Shown here: piece after piece, positions 19,282-28,874 of the stretch
Layout of the letters: each line of letters begins with the position of its first letter
How positions within the stretch are numbered: the stretch's first letter is position 1
Source: Okeania sp.
GTDB lineage: Bacteria > Cyanobacteriota > Cyanobacteriia > Cyanobacteriales > Microcoleaceae
Direction: 5' to 3'
Assembly: GCF_035285525.1 (NCBI RefSeq)
Contig: NZ_JAYKGW010000162.1
Location: 30,001 to 62,000 of the forward strand
DNA: 32,000 nt
Made by a program: the position numbers and the translations under genes
Notes under the pieces: generated by a model
Told to the model about the DNA's origin: nothing
What the model saw: the letters and a program-made list of their open reading frames with translations, nothing else
The model's database searches: none

Positions 19282-20190
19282 ATGAAAGAAAGTATTGAGA
19301 AACTAAAACAAAATCTTAGTCAAGCTATTGTTGGTAAGGAAGATGCTATCAAATTAGTATTAGTAGCATTACTTTCAGGTGGTCATGTTCTTTTAGAAGA
19401 TGTTCCTGGTGTAGGTAAAACTTTACTGGCAAAATCTCTAGCTTATTCTATCGCTGGAAAATTTCAGCGAATCCAATGTACTCCCGACTTACTACCGACT
19501 GATATTACTGGTACTAATATTTGGAACCCCAGCAGTGGAGAATTTCAATTTTTACCTGGTCCGGTGTTTGCAAATGTATTATTGACAGATGAAATTAATC
19601 GTGCTACTCCCCGTACTCAGTCTGCTCTTTTGGAAGTGATGGAGGAAAAACAGGTGACAGTAGATGGGGTTTCCCGTTCTGTTCCTAATCCATTTTTTGT
19701 GATTGCAACTCAGAATCCTATTGAGTATCAGGGGACATTTCCCCTACCGGAAGCACAAATGGATCGTTTTACTTTGTCTCTGACATTAGGTTATCCTACA
19801 GAGTCGGAAGAACTTCAGATGCTAAAAAGAATTTCTGAAGGTTCCGAGGTTAGTCAGTTAAAAGCTTGTATTACTTTGGAGGAAGTAAAAGAGTTGCGTC
19901 GTTTGTGTAGTTTGGTAAAAGTAGATGAGTCATTGCAAAAGTATATTCTGAGGTTGGTGAGAGCAACTAGGGAAGATGAGGACATTACCCTCGGTGTTAG
20001 TCCTCGTGGAACAGTTGCTTTACTTCGAGCAACTCAAGCTTTGGCATTTCTGACGGGAAGAGATTATGGTATTCCTGATGATGTCAAGTTTCTGGTTCCC
20101 TATGTACTTTGTCATCGCTTGATTCCAGCAGGGGGAAAACTTAGTCAAACAATAGTGGAAAGATTACTCAGTTCTGTTACGGTGTCCTAA
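19282..20190 (+). CDS. MoxR-family AAA+ ATPase
   Basis: 302-aa ORF with Walker A (GVPGVGKT), Walker B (LLTDEINRATPRTQSALLEVMEE) and FFVIATQNPIEYQGTFPLPEAQMDRF, typical of the AAA_3/MoxR family. Confidence 0.9.
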   Translation: MKESIEKLKQNLSQAIVGKEDAIKLVLVALLSGGHVLLEDVPGVGKTLLAKSLAYSIAGKFQRIQCTPDLLPTDITGTNIWNPSSGEFQFLPGPVFANVLLTDEINRATPRTQSALLEVMEEKQVTVDGVSRSVPNPFFVIATQNPIEYQGTFPLPEAQMDRFTLSLTLGYPTESEELQMLKRISEGSEVSQLKACITLEEVKELRRLCSLVKVDESLQKYILRLVRATREDEDITLGVSPRGTVALLRATQALAFLTGRDYGIPDDVKFLVPYVLCHRLIPAGGKLSQTIVERLLSSVTVS

Positions 20191-20195
20191 CCCAG

Positions 20196-20353
20196 TGTAA
20201 CACAGCATTCCCGACTGTAACAACCAAGATGGTTGTGTTACGACTCATGACTGTAACACAGTATTCCCGGCTGTAACAACCAAGATGGTTGTGTTACGAC
20301 TCATAAATGTAACACAGCATTCCCGGCTGTAACAACCAAGATGGTTGTGTTAC
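20196..20353. repeat. tandem repeat, 56-bp unit x about 2.8, hairpin-containing
   Basis: The unit is tgtaacacagcattcccgactgtaacaaccaagatggttgtgttacgactcatgac, with copies at 20196, 20252 and 20308. Each carries the hairpin gtaacaacc-aagat-ggttgtgttac. The repeat lies between the convergent moxR-like and hypothetical genes. Confidence 0.9.
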
Positions 20354-20389
20354 CGAAATTGGTGTAAAATGCGTATTAACTTACTCCCT

Positions 20390-21718
20390 CTATAAACTTT
20401 TCTGTTTATCCCTAGCAAATTTCAATAAATTTTGAGCTTCTTGATAATAAGTTGTTCCTGGTTTCACATTCTCTAATTCATTAATAATAGATTGAATCGT
20501 ACCAGCAAGTAAACCCTGGTTAGGATCGTCATCGCGAGCATACTTTTGCCAATCTGCTATCAAATTTTTAGCTTTGTTAAAAGCTTTCTCTGACTCTTGT
20601 TGTAATTGTATGCGGAGTTTCGTATTAGCTAGATTAACTTTATATTCGGCTAATTTTTTCTGTGCTTCCAAATAATTAGGGTTATCTGCTGGTATTTTCT
20701 CCAACTGACTAACTGCTTGTTCCCATAAAGTCGCCACCAGTTGCCACTGTTGTTCTAGATGGGGACCATTTTGAGCAGCTTTAGCTGCTTCAAAACCAAA
20801 TTTTTTAGCTACTTCCATGAGATTGAAACTATGCTGACTTCCCTCAGCTAAACCTGCTTCTTTTTGGAAATCTCGCTTAGTAGCTGCCAATTTAGGTTTT
20901 ACCATTTCTCCAGCGAGAGTAGTAGGTGGAATTTGTTCTAATTTATCTATTGCTCTTTGCCACTGAGCGATCGCTTGTTGTTTTTCTGTAAGAGTTGTTG
21001 TTTGCTGATACTGTTGTTTAGATATTTCAATAGTTTTTTCTGCTTCTTGTAACAATGTTTGAGCATTTTTTTCTTGAAACGCTTTTGCTTCAATTTTTCC
21101 TACTCTTTTTCTGGCAGTTTCAAATTCATCTAGGGTGAATTTCCAAGAACAACTAAAGAAGGTACAATACCCTTGGGGATAGTAACCTAAAAACCAAACT
21201 GGTAATTGATCTAAGTGTTTTTGTGCTTCAGTAACTTTTTCGGTTCCCAAGTTAATATCAGCGTTAGAAGTTGCTTGATTAATTAGTTGATCTGCTTGTT
21301 CAATTTTAGCGATCGCCTCTCGATAATTACGATCCATATTTATATAGCTTGGTAACAAAATTATTGGTGCTATTTTTGCCACAGGTTTACGAATCATAGG
21401 ATAGGGTAAATTTGCTACCCAAACTATTCCTATTATTCCTACTAATGTGGGAGGTATCCAAGCAATTTTCGTCAATATTCCTGGTGGTTTATTTGCCTTA
21501 GCTGCTTTCTGAATAACTGTGTCACTAAAATTAGGAAATTGGTCTTTTATTATATGGTTTAACTCTTCTGCTTTGAGGGGTTCTCCTGATTGCAATAGTA
21601 ACTTATCCAATCTTCTTATTACTATATCTTTTCCTACTTGCCCAACCAAATCTTCTTGGGCGCATTTGTTAATTTCTACTTCTAATATTTTATAGGCTCG
21701 GTTATATAAACGTAACAT
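20390..21718 (-). CDS. hypothetical membrane-anchored, coiled-coil-rich protein
   Basis: 442-aa ORF. It has one hydrophobic segment (IAWIPPTLVGIIGIVWVANL) and a long helical Q/E/K-rich C-terminal part with repeated W-Q/A motifs. I recognise no family. Confidence 0.6.
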   Translation of the reverse strand: MLRLYNRAYKILEVEINKCAQEDLVGQVGKDIVIRRLDKLLLQSGEPLKAEELNHIIKDQFPNFSDTVIQKAAKANKPPGILTKIAWIPPTLVGIIGIVWVANLPYPMIRKPVAKIAPIILLPSYINMDRNYREAIAKIEQADQLINQATSNADINLGTEKVTEAQKHLDQLPVWFLGYYPQGYCTFFSCSWKFTLDEFETARKRVGKIEAKAFQEKNAQTLLQEAEKTIEISKQQYQQTTTLTEKQQAIAQWQRAIDKLEQIPPTTLAGEMVKPKLAATKRDFQKEAGLAEGSQHSFNLMEVAKKFGFEAAKAAQNGPHLEQQWQLVATLWEQAVSQLEKIPADNPNYLEAQKKLAEYKVNLANTKLRIQLQQESEKAFNKAKNLIADWQKYARDDDPNQGLLAGTIQSIINELENVKPGTTYYQEAQNLLKFARDKQKSL

Positions 21719-22168
21719 ATTTTTAGTTATAGATTACTACCTTTTTTAGTTTAAGCCTAATTTGTTTATTAGTCATTAGAAAAAATCAGGAAAGTAGTAG
21801 ACTGTTTTATTTAAAATTATGCAATAGTAGGGGCAGGTTTTAGCTATAATTGTAATGCTTATTATAGGATTTATATAAACCCGCCCTAATGCACAAAAAA
21901 ATTAGATGTGTCAGCTATTGGTAGGGTGTGTTTTGCTACGGGACATATAAAGCCTATCTCGTAACTGAGCAATACTCCATATATAGTGCCTTTGCGTAAG
22001 TCCTGATTTATATAAACCCGCCCTAATGCACAAAAAAATTAGATGTGTCAGTTTACTACTAGACTGTAAAATATTGTATTAGGCAGTAGGGAAGTAGGAG
22101 AGAGATATTATTGTTGGGTTTCGTTCCTCAACCCAACCTAAATCGACTACAAAATTTCAGCTGAGTAT

Positions 22169-23548
22169 TTACCGAAAAATTATTTTTTTAATCAAACCAA
22201 CTTTATTTTTATAAGGAGCATATCGGATGTTTAAATCTAACCATAATCCCCTCTTCAACACACTTTTATAGTGAGAAAAAGTATCAAAACTAGCTTTGCC
22301 ATGATAACTACCAATACCACTATTTCCTACACCTCCAAATGGTAAAGATGGCACTGCAAATTGCACTACAGTATCGTTAATACAAACATTTCCTGAAGAA
22401 GTTTCTCTTAAAATTTGCTCTTGTTTTTGTTTATTTAGAGAAAAAAAGTAAAGAGATAAAGGTTGAGGACGAGAATTAATCTGAGCGATCGCTTCATCTA
22501 AGTTTTCATATTCTAAAACAGGCAAAATAGGTCCGAAAATTTCTGACTGCATAATTGCCGAATCCCAATTAATTCCATCAACAATTGTCGGAGAAATATA
22601 ACGTTCTTTTGAATTAATTTCACCACCAATAATAATTTTTCCTTCTTGTAAAAAATCATTTAATCTATTAAATTGCTTTTCATTAATTATTCGACAATAA
22701 TCAGGACTATCAGCCGGATTTTCACCATAAAACTCTTTAATAAATTGTTTAATTTTTTCCAATAAATCAGATTTAACCGATTTATTTACTAACAAATAAT
22801 CAGGAGCAACACAAGTTTGACCAGCATTAATAAATTTTCCCCAAGTAATACGTTTTGCCGTATATTCTAATTGAATATTATCATCAACAATACAAGGACT
22901 TTTGCCTCCTAATTCCAAAGTTACAGGAGTGAGGTTTTTGGCAGCAGCTTCCATAACTATTTTGCCTACCTTTGTTCCTCCAGTAAAGAAAATATAGTCA
23001 AATTTTTCTGCTAATAACTGTTGACTTATTTCCACTCCTCCGGTAATAGCAGCAATATAATTAGAATCAAAAGTCTTAGTAATTAAATCGGCAACAACCT
23101 CAGAGGTATTAACAGCTATTTCCGAAGGTTTAATAATCCCACAATTTCCAGCAGCGATCGCTCCTAATAAAGGAGATATTACTAATTGAAAAGGATAATT
23201 CCAAGCACCAATAATTAATACTATTCCTAGAGGTTCTGGATAGATTTTCGCTCCAGCAGGAAATTGTTCGATAGGAGTAGAAACTCTTCTCGGTTTTGCC
23301 CAAGATTTTAGTTTTTTAATGGCATCATTTATTTCTGTAAAAAAAGTCAGTTCAAAATAAGCTTCAAATTTTGGTCTATTCAAATCTGCTTTAACAGCAG
23401 CAGCTATTTTTTCTTGATAATTTGAAACTGCCTTTTTTAACTTTTTTAGTTGTTCTATTCTAAACTCAATATTTTTAGTTTTTCCTGTAGCAAAAAATTG
23501 ACGTTGTTGGTTTAATATTTTGGTGATAGATGATTGTTCTAAAGACAT
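22169..23548 (-). CDS. aldehyde dehydrogenase family protein (class 3-like)
   Basis: 459-aa ORF with ALDH signatures: GAWNYPF, FTGGTKVGKIV, LELGGKSPCIV (catalytic Glu), GQTCVAPDY (catalytic Cys) and EIFGPILPV. Confidence 0.9.
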   Translation of the reverse strand: MSLEQSSITKILNQQRQFFATGKTKNIEFRIEQLKKLKKAVSNYQEKIAAAVKADLNRPKFEAYFELTFFTEINDAIKKLKSWAKPRRVSTPIEQFPAGAKIYPEPLGIVLIIGAWNYPFQLVISPLLGAIAAGNCGIIKPSEIAVNTSEVVADLITKTFDSNYIAAITGGVEISQQLLAEKFDYIFFTGGTKVGKIVMEAAAKNLTPVTLELGGKSPCIVDDNIQLEYTAKRITWGKFINAGQTCVAPDYLLVNKSVKSDLLEKIKQFIKEFYGENPADSPDYCRIINEKQFNRLNDFLQEGKIIIGGEINSKERYISPTIVDGINWDSAIMQSEIFGPILPVLEYENLDEAIAQINSRPQPLSLYFFSLNKQKQEQILRETSSGNVCINDTVVQFAVPSLPFGGVGNSGIGSYHGKASFDTFSHYKSVLKRGLWLDLNIRYAPYKNKVGLIKKIIFR

Positions 23549-23671
23549 ATTTTTAATTGATATTTAGCGGTCATATCAAGCCCAATAAAAATGAACTTCG
23601 ATATAGAAATCTTAAATGATTTCTGAAAAAAACTGTAGGGGTTTGGTTTCCAAATCCCCAAAATAAAATGT

Positions 23672-23785
23672 TATAGCGCTGTGGGCAGGGAACAGGGAAG
23701 GGAAGGAATAAATTGCTTATAAGACAGATTTTAGCTATTGGACAGTTCCTGTGATTTGTAAATATTAAGTGCGCACATTGCTATA
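23672..23785. mobile_element. MITE-like element with termini TATAGCGCTGTG / CACATTGCTATA
   Basis: It is 114 bp. The right half atttgtaaatattaagtgcgcacattgctata recurs at 10617-10648, and the left half tatagcgctgtgcgcaggg recurs at 14342-14360. Confidence 0.5.
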
Positions 23786-23914
23786 GAAAGAAGCCAAGGA
23801 TTTTAATCCTTGGCTCAAAGCTAAAGTCATCTTAAGATGACTAATATCCATTATTAATTATTAACTATTAGTTAGATGACTAATATTCATTATTAATTAG
23901 TCATTATTAATTAA

Positions 23915-26164
23915 TTATTCCGCCTGACTAATACGACGGAGACTCAAAAAATCACTCAGATTTTTAATCTGAGTACAACTCCGTTCAAATTGTTGGCGAT
24001 CGCTCACTTCAATACATAAATTAATCATCGCCGGATGACCAGGATTTGTTTTAACTTCAGCATTTTTCACATTAATATTATTATCCATTAAACGAGATAA
24101 AATATCTTTCAGAACACCCACTCTATCTATAACTTCAATAGAGATATTAACCGGATAAGTTTTAGGTCGTCCCTGATTTTCATTAGCAGTATTCCAACTA
24201 ACAGGAACCAACCTTTCTCCAGGTACACCTTCCACATTATAACAACCTTGACGATGAATAGAAATACCATTCATACGAGTGACAGAACCAATAATAGATT
24301 CACCTGGAATTGGATTACAACAACCTGCTAAATGATACATTAACCCTTCCACTCCAGCAATAGGATGATAATTATTAGGAGAAGAAGTTTGAGTAGACTT
24401 GTTTAAATATTTTTGTGAATAAATATCTGAATTTTGCTCAACTTGGGTTACTTCTTTAGAGGCATCTCGTAAACGATTAACTACTAAATTTAAAGTTATT
24501 TCACCGTATCCTAAACCTGCCAATAAATCATCAACACTGTGATAATTTAATCTTTCAGAAACAAGTCGCATTTGCTCAGATTTAAGTAAAGATTCAAAAC
24601 CTTTTTTACCCAATTCTTTTTCCAATAATTCTTTACCTCTAGCCAAATTTTCTTCTTTATGAGAACGTTTAAACCACTGACGAATTCGATTTTGCGCTCC
24701 ACCAGTAACAGTAAAATTTAACCAATCTAAACTAGGATGACCGTTCTTTTGAGTCAAAATTTCTACAATATCACCATTCTTTAAAAGAGTATCTAAAGGT
24801 ACTATTCTTTCATTCACTTTAGCACCTGTACAATGATTACCTATTTCTGTATGAATACGATAAGCAAAATCTATTGGTGTCGAACCATGTTTGAGGGAAA
24901 TAACATCACCTTTTGGAGTAAAAACATAAACATCATCATCAAATAAATCATCCTTAACAGTCTCCAAATATTCTCGATCATCTTTCAGGTCACTTTGCCA
25001 TTCTAATAACTGTCGCAACCAAGTAAATTTTTCATCTTCAGTAGTTATTTTCATATTACTATAACCACTTTCTTTATACTTCCAATGAGCAGCTATTCCA
25101 TACTCAGCAATATGGTGCATTTCCAAAGTTCTAATTTGCACTTCTACTGGACGATTTGTATTACCTATTACTCCTGTATGTAATGATTGATAACGATTAG
25201 GTTTTGGCAGACCAATATAGTCTTTAAATCTTCCAGGAATAGGACGGTAAGAGTCGTGAACAATAGCTAAAGAACGATAACAATCTTCATTTTTTTCTAC
25301 AATAATTCTCAGTCCAGAAATATCATAAACTTCGTGAAATTCTTTCTGTTTTAAATACATCTTTCGATAAATTCCATAAAGATGTTTAGGGCGACCACTA
25401 ATTTCATAATATTCTATTCCTGCTTGCTCTAATTTTCGCCGTAAATTTTCTGTCATTTCTAACAATTTAGCTTCGCGATCAGCTCGTTTATCTGCTATTA
25501 ATGTTTGTATTTCTCGATAAGCATTTGGTTCCAGATATTTAAAAGATAAATCTTCTAATTCCCATTTAAAACGACCAATTCCTAAACGATTTGCTAATGG
25601 TGCAAATATTTCTCTAGTTTCTAATGCTTTACTTAATTGTTTATCGGGAGGTAAATATTCTAGAGTTCTCATATTATGTAATCTATCTGCCAACTTCACA
25701 ACAATGACTCTAATATCTTTTGCCATTGCCAAAAACATGCGACGAAAATTTTCAGCTTGTAGCTCTGTTTTGCTAGAAAAATTAAATTTAGAAAGTTTAG
25801 TTACACCTTCTACTAATAAAGCTACTTTTGCACCAAATTTTTGTTCTATTTCTCCAATAGTTATATCAGTATCTTCGACAATATCATGTAGAAAACCTGC
25901 AGCAATCATGGTACTATCACCACCAAGATATTTTAATAATCCTGCCACAGCTATAGGATGAGAAATATAGGGTTCTCCTGATTTTCGATACTGTCCTTTG
26001 TGTAACTCATAAGCAAATTCAAATGCTTGAGAAATTAATACTATATCTACTGGACAGTTGCTGATATTATCACTATTATTTCTGTGATTTATACATTCTT
26101 GCAACCAATCAGGAATTACAGATGAAATTTGAGGTTTAAGTGTTATAGTTTTTGTATCCATCAT
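23915..26164 (-). CDS. spoT: bifunctional (p)ppGpp synthetase/hydrolase (RelA/SpoT homologue)
   Basis: 749-aa ORF. It has an HD hydrolase domain (HPIAVAGLL, GFLHDIVEDT), a synthetase domain (GRPKHLYGIYRKM, YRSLHT, EVQIRT, AAHWKYKE), a TGS region (VFTPKGDVISL, PIDFAYRIHTEIG) and a C-terminal ACT-like region. Confidence 0.95.
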   Translation of the reverse strand: MMDTKTITLKPQISSVIPDWLQECINHRNNSDNISNCPVDIVLISQAFEFAYELHKGQYRKSGEPYISHPIAVAGLLKYLGGDSTMIAAGFLHDIVEDTDITIGEIEQKFGAKVALLVEGVTKLSKFNFSSKTELQAENFRRMFLAMAKDIRVIVVKLADRLHNMRTLEYLPPDKQLSKALETREIFAPLANRLGIGRFKWELEDLSFKYLEPNAYREIQTLIADKRADREAKLLEMTENLRRKLEQAGIEYYEISGRPKHLYGIYRKMYLKQKEFHEVYDISGLRIIVEKNEDCYRSLAIVHDSYRPIPGRFKDYIGLPKPNRYQSLHTGVIGNTNRPVEVQIRTLEMHHIAEYGIAAHWKYKESGYSNMKITTEDEKFTWLRQLLEWQSDLKDDREYLETVKDDLFDDDVYVFTPKGDVISLKHGSTPIDFAYRIHTEIGNHCTGAKVNERIVPLDTLLKNGDIVEILTQKNGHPSLDWLNFTVTGGAQNRIRQWFKRSHKEENLARGKELLEKELGKKGFESLLKSEQMRLVSERLNYHSVDDLLAGLGYGEITLNLVVNRLRDASKEVTQVEQNSDIYSQKYLNKSTQTSSPNNYHPIAGVEGLMYHLAGCCNPIPGESIIGSVTRMNGISIHRQGCYNVEGVPGERLVPVSWNTANENQGRPKTYPVNISIEVIDRVGVLKDILSRLMDNNINVKNAEVKTNPGHPAMINLCIEVSDRQQFERSCTQIKNLSDFLSLRRISQAE

Positions 26165-26278
26165 AAGTTTTTGAGAGTTAATATTTATCAGTTTTTAACA
26201 AGCATTTAATAAGCATTCAGCCGTCAGCTATCAGCTATCAGCATTTACCGAGAAGAGATAATTATTAATTGTTAATTC

Positions 26279-26380
26279 AGGACTTACGCAGATGAACCCA
26301 GAAACCCGCTACGAGGGTAGATTATTACTGCTCAAAACAACGATTTATCCTAGAAACCGGGTTTCGCATGGGTAAGTCCT
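26279..26380. mobile_element. MITE-like element, AGGACTTACGC family (copy of the 3398-type)
   Basis: The sequence aggacttacgcagatgaacccagaaaccc ... tagaaaccgggtttcgcatgggtaagtcct matches 3398-3498 over the first 26 bp (3398-3423) and is clearly homologous beyond that. Confidence 0.6.
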
Positions 26381-26492
26381 ATACAGATAATTATTAATTA
26401 TTAATTATAGTAATCTTATTTCTGTTACAATATATAGGCTGTAACAATTTAAACACTATAAATACACTCTGATACTTTAGCCCATTGTTTGT

Positions 26493-26706
26493 GTAAGCAT
26501 TCAGCTATTAGCATTCAGATCTCAGCTTTTTTAAGACCTTATTCTTAAGGACAAGGTTTAAAAATGAAGTTGGCAATAAGGTTTAATTCTGACTCTATTA
26601 ATCAAGCCTTTATTACACCTTAAAAATAATAGCTGATAGCGCAGTTTCTCTGTTAGCGCAGCTACGACCCAGGAGGCAAAAAGCTGGCTGACTACTAAAT
26701 GCTTAC
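26493..26706. mobile_element. MITE-like element with termini GTAAGCATTCAGC / ...AAATGCTTAC
   Basis: It is 214 bp, running gtaagcattcagctattagc ... gctgactactaaatgcttac. Related termini lie at 26211-26240, and a mini-version lies at 29292-29320. Confidence 0.5.
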
Positions 26707-27006
26707 TTGTTTGTTGCCGATTCCCTAATTACCAAAAGGTGGCAATATTTTTACTACTAATAAAATAGAATTGCTATAGTAGTCTTATACTATATAGTTA
26801 TGGTAAATAGTGAATTAAACTTTCATTGTACCATGATTGAAAATTAAAATCACTACTACAAATTATATTTTTGTATTTTCTTAAATAGAATAGGGAGAAA
26901 TAATTAACAATTTCTAGATAATAATTTATTTTATTTTTAATTTTTGGATAAATATAATAGGGATACACTAATGCAGGTATCTATATCAATTAAATAGTTA
27001 ATAATA

Positions 27007-27201
27007 GTCAGCATTCAGCCGTCAGCTTTAAATAAAAGCTATTCTGATACGGTTCCCGATAAATCAGAAATTTTTCTGAGTACAAAATTCAGTTTTCACT
27101 TTCTTTATTCGTTTAAATCTTTTCCTTAAAGTTGAGGTTTTTATTCCTGAATGCGAGTCGATTCCGCAGGCAAAGCTGAAACCTAATAGCTGAATACTTA
27201 C
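27007..27201. mobile_element. second copy of the GTAAGCATTCAGC-family element, carrying the 20-mer
   Basis: It runs tcagcattcagccgtcagc ... ctaatagctgaatacttac and contains acggttcccgataaatcaga at 27049-27068. Confidence 0.45.
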
Positions 27202-27534
27202 TAATTTTTTTATAGGAAAATTATAAATATGAAAAAAATATTGATTTAGTTTTCTATTTTTGGAGATGTCTAATAATAGATAACAAAAACTATACCCTAA
27301 TTAGGGTTTGCTTATGAAAAGTTTTTTTGTTGAGGTAGGAAGTAGTTGAAAAAAATAATTCCTTAATTTTTTTTTCCTCATTAGGCTAAAATAATATCTT
27401 TTTGAACCTTAGTAGCCTAAAAATTTGCACTTCTACGGTTCCCGATAAATCAGACCAAAAGCACTTACTTTTATCTATGAATACTTTGAGGTTGAATCAG
27501 CTAGCCCTAATTATCAATTATTAATTATCCATAT

Positions 27535-27933
27535 ATGTATGGTAAAAATATAGACAAATTTCGATTTATTTACACAATGTTATCAAAGGGGCAAAATGAA
27601 CCATATCAAAAATTAAGTCAACTGTTACATCAGTGGCAGGAGAATATGGCCGAAATAGAACCATCAAAAATATTGGCCATAAATCAAGAAGTCCAACAAT
27701 TGTTTGAGACTCAGATTATTAATTTAGATAACTCAGGACTAGACCAACCCATAGCATCCAAATTACAGTCTTATTTGACGGAGATTCATAAGCAACTTAG
27801 ACTCTTGAATCTAGATGTTGCCTTTTTACAAACATCTCGAAATCCCCAAACCACAAAAAAGAGGTTGGCCAATATTAGCGATCGCCTAGAGACCCTCAAA
27901 GGCTATTGTTTGAGTATACTTACGTCAAGCTAA
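27535..27933 (+). CDS. small conserved cyanobacterial protein, possibly PatD family (heterocyst frequency control)
   Basis: 132-aa ORF. The helical protein carries the segment SYLTEIHKQLRLLNLDVAFLQTSRNPQTTKKRLANISDRLETLKGYC, which resembles my recollection of PatD-family proteins. An alternative start lies at Met15 (27577). The family call is tentative. Confidence 0.5.
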   Translation: MYGKNIDKFRFIYTMLSKGQNEPYQKLSQLLHQWQENMAEIEPSKILAINQEVQQLFETQIINLDNSGLDQPIASKLQSYLTEIHKQLRLLNLDVAFLQTSRNPQTTKKRLANISDRLETLKGYCLSILTSS

Positions 27934-27960
27934 ATTAACAAAAAATTAGGAAGAAACAGG

Positions 27961-28569
27961 ATGAAAAGCCCTAAATACAATATAGAGTTAGAAGATGCTG
28001 TATTGAATGATACGATTCCGGTAAAATACTGTTCTAAGTCTACAGGTTTCTGGATTTCAGCGAAAGATTATGAATCCTGGTTAGCCAGTTTACCTTCATG
28101 GTATGTTCCGGAAGAAACATTGCCCTACTACAATCAATTTGAAGATTTTGTCCCTTCCCCTTTTGATGGTAAAGCAGGATTATGTCCTGAATGTGGTACT
28201 TATTTATCAAGAACGAGGATAAATATTAAGCAACCTTTTTATGTAGAACTTTGTATGAGTTGTGGAGGTATTTGGTTTGATAATGGGGAAGAATGGGAAA
28301 TTTTAGAACAGCTTGGTCTTCATATTAAAATTCGCCAGATTTTTTCTAGTCAATGGCAAGAAAAAGTACGTCAGCATCAACAAGAAATGATTAATCGTGA
28401 GAATGTGATTGATAAATTAGGAGAAGAAATAGCACAGTATGTTTTTCAATTAGCAGAAATATTGGAAACTCATCCCCAAGCAGACTATGCTGCTACTTAT
28501 ATGTTACGCAGGTTTGAAAATAAAAGAAAGGAACTTAATAGGAAACTTCTTAGAAATAGTCAAAGTTAA
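27961..28569 (+). CDS. zinc-ribbon (zf-TFIIB-like) domain protein
   Basis: 202-aa ORF starting 27 nt after the previous stop, with an SD-like aggaagaaacagg. It has CPECG...(17)...CMSCGGIWFDNGEEWEIL, the CxxC...CxxCxGxWxD pattern of the bacterial TF zinc-ribbon domain. Confidence 0.7.
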   Translation: MKSPKYNIELEDAVLNDTIPVKYCSKSTGFWISAKDYESWLASLPSWYVPEETLPYYNQFEDFVPSPFDGKAGLCPECGTYLSRTRINIKQPFYVELCMSCGGIWFDNGEEWEILEQLGLHIKIRQIFSSQWQEKVRQHQQEMINRENVIDKLGEEIAQYVFQLAEILETHPQADYAATYMLRRFENKRKELNRKLLRNSQS

Positions 28570-28685
28570 TTCAGTTATAGTTATCCGCAACTTAAAATAC
28601 TGAAGTTTATTTTTTATTCCTCTGAAAAAGCTATCCATTATTAGGAACTCCTCAAACCCTTTTTTGATGGGAAGGAGGGTTAAAT

Positions 28686-28874
28686 AATGAATAATGAATA
28701 ATTACCTATTATTATAAAGAGAGGATTGATAAAAAGGAATATTTTTTCTTTTTTATCCATGAATGGAGAGGCTTTGTACTTTAATGAATAATGAATAATT
28801 ACCTATTATTATAAAGAGAGGATTGATGAAAAGGAATTTTTTTTCTCCATGAATAGAGAAGCTTTGTACCTTTA
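28686..28874. repeat. tandem pair (period 97 bp) of a two-hairpin element
   Basis: The sequence aatgaataatgaataattacctattattataaagagaggattga[t/g]aaaaggaat...tccatgaat[g/a]gaga[g/a]gctttgtac occurs twice. Related copies lie at 16756-16848 and 31416-31466. Confidence 0.85.
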
